Below are positions 35,856-47,810 of a stretch of DNA of 64,000 nt, piece after piece; position 1 is the first letter of the stretch, and each line of letters opens with the position of its first letter. This stretch comes from Pseudogymnoascus verrucosus (Eukaryota), in the NCBI GenBank assembly GCA_001662655.1, contig KV460242.1, one strand, 5' to 3'. Below the pieces are notes generated by a model. The model was not told the DNA's origin. It made no database searches and saw only the letters and a program-made list of their open reading frames with translations. Both the position numbers and the translations under genes were made by a program.

Positions 35856-36959
35856 CAATAGGCATTATAGGCATGGGGAACAGCGATAGGAACTATAGCT
35901 ATAAGGGACAGCTATAGAAATTAATTATGCGATGGTGAACAGCAATAGAAATCATGGCGACAGGGATGCGAAACAATAATCGTGATACAGACGGTGACGA
36001 GGCACGTTAACAAGTGTGGAATAAGGTGATTACCATAAGCACGGCAGTCGATTGCCCCACGTAAGGCGGCCTAGGTTGCTAGTTCTCGTTCCATCCTTCC
36101 ATCGTGTGTGGCTTGTAATCGCCGCGAGACGTCGTGTGCGATTTGACCCTAGTCGATCTATGCGATCTATGAGCTCCTTCACGTGGCGAATGTCCTTCGA
36201 TTCGTGCGGCGGGGCGACGCGTATTCCTTCAGGAGTGTAGGAATCCCGTACCCGATATCCATGGATCCTTCCGCCCCCGTTGATGTCATAGACGACTTAT
36301 CGCGATCGGAGAGAACAGTCATGCTTCTCTGACCGAAGTATGCGACAGGCGGCATAAATATCGTTCGGCTTCCGTCACTTCGGCGTGCTTGCAATCGTGA
36401 GATGACCCGCGCAGCCCATTCTCGAAGATTCAGCCCACGCTAGATTATAGTTTAATGCCACAGGGCATTTCTTCTTCGGGTCAGGGATGATTTAACTATG
36501 CGAGTGCATTGGCGGTGGCATTGTCTATTTGGTGGTTCGCCCACGCGTCGCTGCGGTTGGCTCGATCGTTGTTCCAAAAATGGCTTCGTGGCTGAGCAAC
36601 CGCAGATCCCTCAACGTCCCTGTACAACCATCTGTCAGCCGGGAGGTTCCAAGGCTTCACAACTACAACTTTTGTACGAAAACTGCCTTAGTTGGGGTCG
36701 ATCTCAGAATTAAGTTTTCGTGTCCTGCTTCTTTAGGTTTAATAATCGTTATGCTAAGTAGGTATAATGCCTTAGATCTTCAGCTACGCTCCCTGCCACA
36801 GTATGACACGCCTCGTCCGCAGTCTTCTCAGGAAAGTATACCTGTCTTCTTATATCACCAACTATCTCCCGTTGGCCAGTCCTTTTCATTAATTCTCATG
36901 TTATGATTTCTCTCGATACCATTCCGTCGCCGTCCCTCTTGAGCATGACCTGATATCGC

Positions 36960-38396
36960 ATGCTTCTACCATCAGCACTAAAAACACCACCACCCACAAT
37001 GTCGCTGCACTCTCTCCGACTACGGCGCGGACTGGAATCTAATAGAAATTTCTTGATAGGCACCATAGTTGTGTCGTCGGTTTTAGGTATTCTCACAATC
37101 ATCGGGCTATACTTCTTGTTCCGGTATTGTCGCCAGCGACGCCGCAATCGAAGATCCATGAGGAATAGCGCCGAGGAAGCTTGGAAGAAGCAGCACGTCG
37201 CTGGGGCCTGGAGCATCGCCAGCTCGCAGCCAGTATCAGACCTCGAATGCAGCGAGGCAGCATCAGAGTCAGACAACTCGAGCACATGGCGCAATGATCG
37301 GTTCCTGACAGGCTACACTCAAAGAAGTGAATATGTTGCTGTTCGATCGGCGTCTCCGCCCCCAGCACATTTAGCAGGCTACACTCAAAGAAGTGGCTAC
37401 TCAGTGTCTCCGCCTCCCTCGCAACGGCCGGATTCGCCCACATTACCGTTAATGGCAGTACACCACAACAGGAGCGTATCTATGCCGCCTCCGCGCCCAC
37501 CGCGCCCCGACGATATGATCTCTCCACTTACGCCACGCGACATCTCGGAAATACCAGACCATATCCTATATAGCAATGGTTCCATCACCTCTCGAGGCGG
37601 GGAGCAATATCGACCTCACACGCTCCCGGCCACATCTCCCATTTACAGACCCGATGTGCACCCTCCTGCCGAATCGCATCCTCTCCCACAACTCCACTAC
37701 GACTTTCCTATAGACCTATGGAACCAGCCGCCGACACCACCACCTAAAAGCGATAGACGTGTCCCACATGTACGCTCTATTAATCGCAAACGCTCCATTA
37801 ACCGCAAAGTCTCCATCGTGCGCAAACCGGTACCGATACATGTACTGCTCTCGCCACCGAGATATGGCGGCATGGGTGGCCTGAGACGGTCCGACACGGG
37901 GTATTCGTCGCACTATAGCGACGCTTCCAACCTTGAGCGGGCTAATAGCGGAGCTTCAATGGCGGGGAGGCACACATGGTCGCCGCACTCGGCGCTTGAT
38001 TCACTGGCGGCGTATTCTGAGATATCGGCTTCGACGCCCTTTGACAAGAAAGAAGGGCTAGAGCGAAATTTGACGAGGCGGGGTTTCATCAGTGCACGAT
38101 TATCTCACGTTGTAGAGAAAGAGGATTCCAGGGAGGCGGCAAAACTTATGGGTGAAGCAGAAGTTCCTGATTTAGAGTCAGATACAGCAAGCAACGCAGG
38201 GTCGTCGGATAGAGACACGCTCGAGGTAGAGAATAAGGCTGGGGAGGAGTCGCGCGTTAACACACCAGATCCCATACCAGCGCCACTGCGGATAATAAAG
38301 AAGGGGCATGAGTTAGAGGTGCCGATGCTAAAGCTCCCGATGCCGATGAGTTTCGAGGAGAGGAGGGAAATGGGGAGGATATATGCTGTTAGGTAG
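36960..38396 (+). CDS. Single-pass membrane protein with a Pro/Ser-rich cytoplasmic tail, function unknown
   Basis: 478-aa ORF; TM segment FLIGTIVVSSVLGILTIIGLYFLF followed by basic RYCRQRRRNRR; several PxxP motifs. Confidence 0.8.
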   Translation: MLLPSALKTPPPTMSLHSLRLRRGLESNRNFLIGTIVVSSVLGILTIIGLYFLFRYCRQRRRNRRSMRNSAEEAWKKQHVAGAWSIASSQPVSDLECSEAASESDNSSTWRNDRFLTGYTQRSEYVAVRSASPPPAHLAGYTQRSGYSVSPPPSQRPDSPTLPLMAVHHNRSVSMPPPRPPRPDDMISPLTPRDISEIPDHILYSNGSITSRGGEQYRPHTLPATSPIYRPDVHPPAESHPLPQLHYDFPIDLWNQPPTPPPKSDRRVPHVRSINRKRSINRKVSIVRKPVPIHVLLSPPRYGGMGGLRRSDTGYSSHYSDASNLERANSGASMAGRHTWSPHSALDSLAAYSEISASTPFDKKEGLERNLTRRGFISARLSHVVEKEDSREAAKLMGEAEVPDLESDTASNAGSSDRDTLEVENKAGEESRVNTPDPIPAPLRIIKKGHELEVPMLKLPMPMSFEERREMGRIYAVR

Positions 38397-38906
38397 ATGT
38401 GGCCGGCGTAATGGGCGGATACTTGTATTTTATTACCTGATACCATGAATAAATAACACTTTTAAGATATTTGTTGTAGAGGCTCTAGTACAGTTGTGGA
38501 TTCAAAGTTAAAACCTTTACTCACTACAGGATTACAAAGTTACCGTACTCTTGCTAACACGCATGCATCTAGACATAACCGCACTACACCACCTGTCGAG
38601 TACAATAGTATATACTAAATAGAATATCATTTGGCAATACAGTACTCCTCGTCTCCATCTTCACGGGAAGGCAGCCTTTTCAGTCAACCCAAGCCAGTCC
38701 TTTGTCCCGTAGTGCAATATATGTTTTGTAGATCATATTAAATCCGAAGCCACAAGCTGATGTCTCAACTAATAAAAGCAACGTCACTAATAAACCTCGC
38801 CTTATTTCAGAAGACATAAAATGCACATTGCTACTAGCAGAGTGAACTAAATACACGTATCACCATCTGCGCGCTAATTACCTAGTGGCCTTGCCACACG
38901 CGCATC

Positions 38907-41900
38907 TCACTTTGAATTCTCGCCTTCCCAGCCCACCCAGCTCCTTGGCATGACTCTCCAGATCTTGACCTCGCCGCTCCTGAGATCGTCCAACTTAAAG
39001 CTCTCGAGCTTAACCTTCTTGCTTTCCCGTCCTTGTTCCCAAGCACGCACCTTCTTCTTCGGCCCGTCCCACTCCGCGACCACACCAACGTGGCCTTCGC
39101 CCCTCCCGACTTCAGCCGTATACTTGGCATGCATCGGGCCGTGTTTGCCTTGGAACTTGGCATTGCGCAGGGTGATGATATCGCCCGGTCGGATCTCGTC
39201 GAATTGGGACGTCAGTGAGTTCCCGAGATTGCTGTAGACCAAGGCGCCATAGGCTCGTGCGCCAATGGGAAGCAAGGCGTCCTTAAACGGCTTTAGAAGC
39301 TCAACGACTAGGCCGGCTGGGGTGCCGTCTGCGACAACAACTTCCTTCTTGGCCACCACAGCGTCGTGGATACGGCTACCGAAGCGCTCGTGCGCTTCTT
39401 CCAGCTGATCCTGGCGCAGGCGGGAAGGGGGTTGCTCGTGGCGCTGCTCGAATATCGCGTCGGATGGGTTCTGAGGGTCGAACTGAACAGTGACCACGGT
39501 TTGTGAATAGTCGGGGAATAACACGTAAAGATCTTTGGTAGTCACAGACTTCCCGCCTCGTTTGCTAACAGTCGACTCCTCGGATTCATGTAGGAGGTCC
39601 TTTCGCCCATGGAATGCTGGAGGCACGCCACTAGGGTTGGTCCACCATAAGCTGCCTTCCCCTAAATCCACATCGTTTGCGATAAAACCATGGTCCATTG
39701 ACATTCGGTTCAAATCGGTCGATCGCCGTGTTGGTCCCGTACTTCGTTGTACATCCACAGATTGTCTTGGCGCTGCTCTATTAGTTGGAGTAGGGGCAAG
39801 CTCCCGGGGTGGCGGGGGCGGTGCGGCTCTCTCAGCCTGAGCAATGGGAGCGGCGGGTAAGATAGGGGGGGCTGCGTCACGAGGAGGTGGCGGAGGCGGA
39901 GCCCGCCCGTCATGAGGAGGTGGCGCGTGTCGAGGAGGAGAAGTCGAGTACAAGTCTTCGTCATCACCATGGACCTTTCTAACTGTCGCGGCGCTCACAG
40001 GGACACCCGTTTTCGGGGCCGTATACTTGAATGGGTCGTACTCGTCATCCTCTTCATCATAATCTCCCGAGGCCTCTTGCTTTGGTGGTGGTGGCGGTGG
40101 GGGCACGGCCCGTGGCATATCCAAAGACTGGCGAGCATGTGGCGGTGGTTGCGATGGGAGGGGTGGGGGAATGCCACGAGGGGCCGCAACTGGCGGCAGC
40201 GGTGGAGGTGGCCCGGCAGGGGATCCAAAGGAAGACCTCGCCGACTCATCATCGATGCTTGACTCTCTAGCCTGTGCTTTCAATGCATCTTTATGCGTCT
40301 CTGTAGAGGCAATATCTGTGTCATAATCCCCCTCATATTCAGTGACCTCCTCGTCTGTCTCCTCGCTCTGAATGGTAGTGGGCACCGGCGCAACCCTAGC
40401 ATCGCCAGTTGACGCCCGGCTCAGCGAACCTGTCGGCGGCGGGGGCGGTGGAGCACGGGTCTGACCAGAACTGACGACAGGGCTGGAACCAGGAATAGGT
40501 GGAACACGACTCGCTCGTTTGTTTGCACCAGGTGTGGTAGGAGATACAGGGCTTGGTTCATACGACCCAGCTTTTGCCGTTGACAACGCCGAAGGAATTG
40601 GTTTCTCCTCTCTAATAGGAAGGCTCGGAGCCGCGGCTAGCTTGGGTGGAGCTTCACCTGTTGGTGTTTGCGCTGATACCCGGGTAGATAACTCATCGTC
40701 CGATATAGACCCAGCACTTGGAGACAACGCGGTTGCTACGGGTGCAGGGCGAGCTACACATATCAGCATATACTATTTGCGCTCATATCAGACAAACGTA
40801 CATTCAACAGGCACTGGCGGTGGTGCTGGCCTTCCACCGGGCACAGCCGGAGCTTTAAAACTCTCGTGACTCATCGATGCTTCGACATGTTAGATAATTC
40901 AAAAATATGGGCCCAATTTACTTACATCGTTGGGGGGCAGGGCGACGTTCTGAAGGTGGTGGCGCAACAGCCCCAACAGTATCTTCGACATCCGGGATTT
41001 CTTCGGGCTCATGTGTACCTGTCACAATACCAGAAGGCATTTCTTCCGGAGTACGGACCTTGGACAAACCCGGTAGAGCCATGATCGGAACCTGAGGAGC
41101 ACGAGAGCTCGTGGGGCTGCTCTCATCATAGCCGTATTCTCCAGAGGGCCGTGAATCGCCTGAAGCAGCCTTCTTCTTCTTCGGCGCCGCACCTGCACCC
41201 GGCATTGGCATAGGCATTCCACCGGGAGGACCAAACATGCCATGCATGCCCATGCCTCCACTCATTTTTGCCATACGAGCCCTGATCTCCTCCTTTCTGC
41301 GAACTTCAGGGTCAACCTCTTCCTCCTCCTCCTCATCTTCGCCCTCCTCTCCTTCCTCTCTATCGCTCGCAACGTCCTCCTCATCGCCTACATCAGGTTC
41401 GTGTGCTGGGAAAACAGGTCCACGAGCCGGTGGAGGTGGCGCGTGCGATTTAACAGTCGGCTTGGCATCCGAATCTTCAAATCCAGTATCAGGCTCCTCA
41501 GTCTCGTCGCCCGCTCCCGACATATCAGCATCGTTTCCGTCCGCCTCCAGAGCAGCAGCCGGAATAACAGGTGGGCCCTTTGATGACTTGCGTCTCTGGG
41601 GTTGCTGGCGAGCAGTTTCATCTCTGGAAGAATCGATCGATTGCCTACCCACTGTCTCGTGGCTCTCTTGCTTCTCGAGAGGTACTTCCTCGCCGTCTAG
41701 TTGCTCGCCTACGGGCTGAGAGTCGGTGCGCTTCTTTGCGGGGCGCTTCGGCTTTTCCTTCTTCTGTGCAGCATCGGCGTGTCTGGCAGCTTGTTCTGCC
41801 TGTTGCTTCTGTAACAAGGCAATGCGCTCCTTGAGGCTCGTTGGCTTTGGCTGATCCTCTTCGCCCTCTTGGCCAGTCGCGGCGAGTCCTGCTTTCTGCG

Positions 41901-42660
41901 CACTCTCTTGGTTCTCGGTTTCCCTTGCGGCAATCTCAGGGTCTTCCTCTCTCCTGTAAATCTTTGCCACGGGAGTATCGCGAGGGGGAGGGATATAGGC
42001 ATTCTTGCTCGGTGGCGGCGGGACAAACGGCTTCTTGATAAAGCTCGAGCCACCACCCAGTCCACCGGGCTTGAATGGAGCTGGCGGAGGCGCGGCAGAC
42101 TTATTAAATGCGGCGATACGGTCCCTGAAAGACCCCGTTGGTTTATCCGATTCATCTGCAGGGGGCGATCTCGCCGCAGGTGGGGCAGCTGCTCTAGGTG
42201 CTACTTGCGCAGGAGCGGCAGGTTTCTCGACCTGTTTTGGCGCGGCAGGGGCGGATGGTTCAATCTTTGAAGGTGTCGCCTTTACGACTTCCTCGACTAC
42301 GACTGGAGTCTCGGCAACAATGGGCTCTGGGACTGGCTCTGGGACTGGCTCGGCAACAACCGGAGCTGGAACCAGTTCGGGCGCCGGGGGTTGGACAGGT
42401 GCTGCTTGCTCGGCCTCTTTCTTCGGTCGTGCAGAACGGACAGGCCGCGGAGGAGCTTGCGGTTCGTATTTCTCGACGAAATTCCGCGGGAATATGCCCT
42501 CCTGCTTGACCCCCTCGGCGTCCACGTACTCCCCTGAATACCAATCGTCATCCTCCTCCTCGGTAACCGTTATAATTTGGCCATTCGGAAAGTGCAGGTC
42601 GTCTTCGTGAGGGGACGTATATTCGTAGACGGCCTTGACTTTGAAGGGTGGAGCAGGCAT
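38907..42660 (-). CDS. BBC1: Myosin tail region-interacting protein Bbc1/Mti1 (N-terminal SH3 domain; two short introns near 40755-40800 and 40855-40925)
   Basis: SH3 FKVKAVYEY..DDLHF..DDWYSG..GIFPRNFV; SFRDRIAAF; SLKERIALLQ; IRARMAKMSGGMG; C-terminal IRPGDII..HVGVVAEWDGPKKKVRAWEQ. Confidence 0.9.
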
Positions 42661-43415
42661 ATTTGTTGCCTTCGGATTGCCAGCTATAACCAACTACAAC
42701 GTCACCGCTTGTTTATCAACCGACAGCGAACCAGGGCCCAGGTCGGTTGTCGATGTAGCAAGGCCAAGAGCAGCGCAATGATGGGAATAGGTCGTACTAT
42801 AGCAGTTGTGTTTCTAGGGAGAGGCTGTAGATATTGCTGCGGGCGAATCACCCATGTAGCACAGGCAGGACGAAGCTGTGGGATACGTCAGCGGCGAAGA
42901 GCGGGAGGTAATCAGGCGAGATGAACAACAACAAAGCAGCGTCAAGGCGGAAGAGTTGTGTACAGATGAGGATAATAAACTTACCAGGTAGTATAAACAA
43001 TTTATTTGTGCATTCGAAGCAGTTGTAGGTTGATTTATAGGATGGTGAGAAAGAGACTGTGGAAGAGGGAGTGGTGGTGGTGATTGATTGAAGCCTTAGC
43101 CGCAGTAGAGTAGAGTGGGGGACCACACTAAAGTAGGTTATGGCTGAGGCGTTGTGTGTGGCTTGTGGCTGGAGCAATCAATCACCAACGACGACCAACT
43201 GAATTTTGGTGGGGGAGGGGTCGTGATATGATTGATTACATACTTCCAAAACACAGCACGGAGTAGAGTACAGACACCAAGCCACAGTCTGCGACCACGA
43301 CGACGAGAAAACACAACAATATCTCGACTTTGGACTGATTTCACCTACCTACCTGGATGAAGCGTCGAGACATATCTGATCCCCATACACGTATGCGTTC
43401 GTCCGGTCGTCAGCC

Positions 43416-44321
43416 ATGGCCTCCTCTTCGAAACCCGCAAAGTCTATTTTGAAGAAGCGCATCGACGATTCCACCACACCCCAACAATCTAACGCGTCCA
43501 TCGTTTCAGTAGACTCCCCCCTCGCTGAGTCCATTGCGTCAGCCAATCCTGCCCATCTCGCCACGGCTCTGTATCATGCAAACCTCATCCAGCGCCGGAA
43601 AGACCTCGAACTCGACATTCTCTACTCGACCGAGACGCTCATCGACTACCCCACCACCAGCCTCCCCGCCACCTCTCCATCTGCGTCTGACATCTCCACT
43701 GTCAAGCAGCTTTTACGCCCCTTCCAACCCTCAGACTTCGACGCCCTCCTTGAAGAGCGCCGCATAAACAACCGCTGCGCCTACGTGCTCTGCCCCAACC
43801 CCTCACCGCCAGGAGGCTCGAACGGTGGATATAGGCTCTTTGGCACGTCGGGCAGATCAAGCAATTTTCGCATCGTTCCAGCCGCAGAAGCAGACCAATG
43901 GTGCAGCGAGGACTGCGCGAGGAGGGCCATGTACATCAAAGTCCAACTCTCTGAGACGCCGGCCTGGGAACGGGATGGGGGATACGGTGGCGAGCTCGAG
44001 CTTCTCGGCGAGCGTGAAGCGCTCTCTGAAAGGCAAAGGCTCGACGATAGGTTGGCAGACGACTTGAAGAATCTAGAGATTATCTCCGACCCGGAAGGAC
44101 GAGGGGTGGAGGATAGAAGGGACTTGGCGCTGGAGAGGGGTGAGATGGCACCAGACGCTGTGATGAGAGGAGGCCTTGTGGATGTTGAGGTGAGGGAGAA
44201 TGAGATAACTCGACAAGCTGTGCCGCCGAGTTTTGACGATGAGTTCGATGATGAGGATGAGCAGGTCAGGCGGAGGTTTGACGCCATGCATCTCAAGCAC
44301 GAAGGGTATGCTTCAAGGTAA
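43416..44321 (+). CDS. RTR1: Rtr1/RPAP2 family RNA polymerase II CTD phosphatase
   Basis: FQPSDFDALLEERRINNRCAYVLC..WCSEDCARRAMYIKVQL zinc-binding motif. Confidence 0.88.
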   Translation: MASSSKPAKSILKKRIDDSTTPQQSNASIVSVDSPLAESIASANPAHLATALYHANLIQRRKDLELDILYSTETLIDYPTTSLPATSPSASDISTVKQLLRPFQPSDFDALLEERRINNRCAYVLCPNPSPPGGSNGGYRLFGTSGRSSNFRIVPAAEADQWCSEDCARRAMYIKVQLSETPAWERDGGYGGELELLGEREALSERQRLDDRLADDLKNLEIISDPEGRGVEDRRDLALERGEMAPDAVMRGGLVDVEVRENEITRQAVPPSFDDEFDDEDEQVRRRFDAMHLKHEGYASR

Positions 44322-44845
44322 TAAAAGGCATACATAGGATGGTTGTACAGGGAGTTGGATGGCGTTTATAGAAGGCTGGATCATATGGCGTTATCATGTA
44401 TGAGATACCCGGAGCAAGACTCTACAGGCAATACGGAGCATTGTACACATAGTATAGCAGATTCATCCAGATCAAAATTTCAAATTTCAAAAACAGAATT
44501 GAGTATTCATTGTGACTGTGCTACCAGTATTGATGATCTCTACAGGTTGCTAGAGCTGGTGTTCATGGGATCCTAAATGTTAAGTCTGCACGCAATCACG
44601 CTTTCGTTGTCACCATCTGGGGAAAAACTCGTATCGGTCAAGGTGACGGCTGCGACAGCACTTCACACGCACAGCATAGAACAAAAGAAAATGGCAATCA
44701 AGCATCATCTCCCAAGGGAGAATCAGCGACACCTAGTTGGAGGTCATGATCTTACATTGATCTAGTATGCATAACGTTTCCGCCAGACGCCCAGAAGCAA
44801 TGCGCCATTTGCAACCCCTTATCCTCCAAATCCCAAAACACACAT

Positions 44846-45462
44846 TTAATCCTTGCGAGGAGGGCGGTCACCGAAGCGGCGGGGGCCACGCTCGGTAGTC
44901 TGCTGCTGGGCAACGGCGACGATGGACACTGGGATGGAGTCGAACTGGTGACTGTTAGGGAGTCTGTCTGTGACAAGTTGAACGGGTTACTTACGCCGAG
45001 GGTCTTGAGGAGATCCTTGGTCTCCTGGTCGACCTCGAGAGTGCCGGTCTCGGAGTTCTGGGTGAAGTCGAGGGCAGAGACCTCTGGGACGTATTGATCC
45101 TTGCGCTCACGCTCCTCTTCTTGGAGCTTGAAGGAGATACCGCGGACTGGGCCACGCTGGATACGCTTCATCAAGTGGGTGGTGTATCCGGCAATCTAAT
45201 CCACTTGTCAGATTATTTCCCTTGGGGTGTCAAAACAGCAATTTGTCGTACCTTGTTGCGGAGACGCTTGGAAGCAATGATGGCGATCTCATCGCAGATT
45301 CTCTTGTTGGTCTCGAAGTCGAGAGTCAACTTGGGGTAGTAACGCTCAATGATGACCTTGGCGGACTTCTTGACAGTCTGTGTCGCATCTTGTCAGCGTC
45401 TGTTGATTGCAATTATTTTGAGGCACCATGAGAGAACCAACCTTAGTGCGAACGCGACCCAT
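44846..45462 (-). CDS. RPS17: 40S ribosomal protein S17 (eS17), 4 exons
   Basis: [82 protein letters not shown]. Confidence 0.98.
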
Positions 45463-45756
45463 GATTGCGGTTGTCGATGTGAATTGTCGAGAATCTGGTT
45501 GAGGAGCTTGTCGTGTTGTCGTGAAGGTCCTCTGGAAACTTTTTGATATTGTGTGGTGTCGCTTAACATAGTAGGGCAGAAAGGTCTTGGCAACACATTT
45601 TGTGGAGTGCGTTGACGCCTGAGGCTTGAAATAACCACAAGTCACATGATCAACCTCGAATTCTATCAAATAGATAGTCATAACGCAATTCAAAGTTATA
45701 TCTACATCTAGTCTACATATCGTGCTCCCAATAACGTACATCTCTACCCCAGTATC

Positions 45757-47331
45757 CTACTTCTGTTGTGGTTTGCCAGCCAAGAGAGATTCCAGCTGCT
45801 CAAACTCCTCCTTTCCACTTCTCCTCTCATTCGGCCTTGGCGTGGATTGGGACCATCGCTCACTCTCGACATCACGCGCCCTGTCGCCAAATGCATTATC
45901 GGCCTCTGAGCTTAATCCGTATCCCCCGGATGAGGCGCCAGATAGCTGGCGAAATATCGTCTGAGAGGCTGGTCTTCCGCCATCAACCGGACTTCGCGCT
46001 GCTGCGGTAGAAGCTGTGCCCTCGAGAACCGCAACAGCAGCATTCTGAGCTCCAGATACTTGGAGATTAATGCGACCCTTGGAGTCAATGGTGGCAGACT
46101 TGGGGCTAAGGTAGACCTTGGAGCCTCCAACCTTCTCGGGTTCGATGTTAAGGAGCCCTGGAAGTCTGTCCGCGTTGGTCTTTCTGCGGCCGTGGCCAAA
46201 TGTCGAGGTATTGAAGTAGTCCGAAGTCGTTGGGACATCGACAACAATACCTGCCACACCAAGTTTCGGTGCAAAGCTTCCCACAGCTGCGTTCTTGGGG
46301 AGAATAACACGCCCTTGTACAGGTGCATGGTCGTGTTGAGGTCCATAGACAGGATGGTTGGTGATATGCGCACCAGTCCGTAGGTACGACAGGCCCGCGG
46401 AGGGATGAGTCTTTGGCGGGCCGGCGTTGGCGTACGGAGAGCTGGACTTCTGGATGTAATCCTCAGCCTTCACGGTCTTGCCAAACAATGATCCCGACGT
46501 CATGTCGGTGAACAAGCTCTCTGCGACGCTTCCGTAATCATCGTTGACTGATGGGGACGGGGGAAGGTCCAGGAAGTCTCTGATAAGTCTGAATAGTTCA
46601 GAGCGATCCTGTCTCAACGTGCGCAGATACTGTGCCATTTCCTCCTCTGTCATTTCGGTTGCCTTAAGTGGCTCGGGTGCCACTGCCCCAGCCTCCATAG
46701 CCTTTCGCTGAGCATCCTTGGTCTCCTGATCGGCTTTGTAATTCTGCAGAAACTTGCGGAAAGCTGGTCTCCTCTTGGCAACCTCGGTTCTCACGTATTC
46801 ATTGAACTCGCCCTCTGTTTGTCCTGCCAACCACGGCCCGTCAAATTTCCAGCGGTGGTCCTTGTTCGCTATGTCGCCCCCTGTTTCTGTGATATCCGTA
46901 TCCGCTTCAAAGACGCCGCGTCCTGGTGTCCTGCTGGCTGGGCCGTAAGTACCTGCCGTTGCAACTGCAGGTGCCGTCAGAGGCATGTTCAGCTCCTGCC
47001 ATTTGCGGAGGGTGAGGGTGTGGTCAGCCGCGGATCCAAATTCAGTGATGTGATCGTAGGTATCGACAGAGCTGATGCGGATGACTGGAGTCGAGGTCTT
47101 TGTCGTGGAGCGGAGAGGCAGATTGCGCTTGAACCCCCAATCGCCCTTGGAGCGGGATGACGAGGGAGTGCTGATCGAGAGATGGGTCGGGTGAGGGAGG
47201 GTTGCACTATCTGAGCCGAAGGTAGCGTTCGAGGCCATCTCTGAAGCCGGGCGCTGTATTGGCGCTGGGACCGAAAACATTCGGGATGCTCTGAGGAGGG
47301 CTCCTCCTGGGGAGACGGACCGAGATGCCAT
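45757..47331 (-). CDS. MRP51: Mitochondrial small-subunit ribosomal protein Mrp51 (bS1m)
   Basis: LLRASRMFS..SSRSKGDWGFKRNLP..VDTYDHITEF..THPSAGLSY. Confidence 0.85.
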   Translation of the reverse strand: MASRSVSPGGALLRASRMFSVPAPIQRPASEMASNATFGSDSATLPHPTHLSISTPSSSRSKGDWGFKRNLPLRSTTKTSTPVIRISSVDTYDHITEFGSAADHTLTLRKWQELNMPLTAPAVATAGTYGPASRTPGRGVFEADTDITETGGDIANKDHRWKFDGPWLAGQTEGEFNEYVRTEVAKRRPAFRKFLQNYKADQETKDAQRKAMEAGAVAPEPLKATEMTEEEMAQYLRTLRQDRSELFRLIRDFLDLPPSPSVNDDYGSVAESLFTDMTSGSLFGKTVKAEDYIQKSSSPYANAGPPKTHPSAGLSYLRTGAHITNHPVYGPQHDHAPVQGRVILPKNAAVGSFAPKLGVAGIVVDVPTTSDYFNTSTFGHGRRKTNADRLPGLLNIEPEKVGGSKVYLSPKSATIDSKGRINLQVSGAQNAAVAVLEGTASTAAARSPVDGGRPASQTIFRQLSGASSGGYGLSSEADNAFGDRARDVESERWSQSTPRPNERRSGKEEFEQLESLLAGKPQQK

Positions 47332-47810
47332 GGTGAATGATGATGCCCCAGTGCCTTGCCTCACTCTGAGGAGGCAATCTAGGCGTCTATATGCTCAATA
47401 GATCCGGACGAATCCCGGATGGCGCAATCGAGCCGGAAAACTATTCGTAGGTAGCAATTGGCCAGTGTTGCTGGTGTCATTGATGTCTGGAGTTGTCGCG
47501 AGGAATTTAGAAATTAGAAATGCGCTAGTGCGGAAGCTTCCGGGTGCCGACAAGGGGTGATGTCTATGGGAGCTTGGAGACTGACGACGAATAAATTCAA
47601 GAATAAATTCCCACGATTTTATAAATATCATTCTCTGCACTTTGAAGTGTAATTGTTGGCCTTGTATAGTCTGGTAACCGGGATTTTCTCACTAGCACAG
47701 TATGAAGACAACACATTTCCAGCAGCTCTGTATGTACAGCTACTATTTGTCTTAAAGCCAGCTCATTATCTATATACATGAAAATATGGATGGTTCATAT
47801 CTATTCCAGA

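Noticed and set aside
36050..36420. Coding-like GC-rich segment at the compartment boundary
   Set aside because: It may be another gene fragment, but I recognised no motif in any frame.
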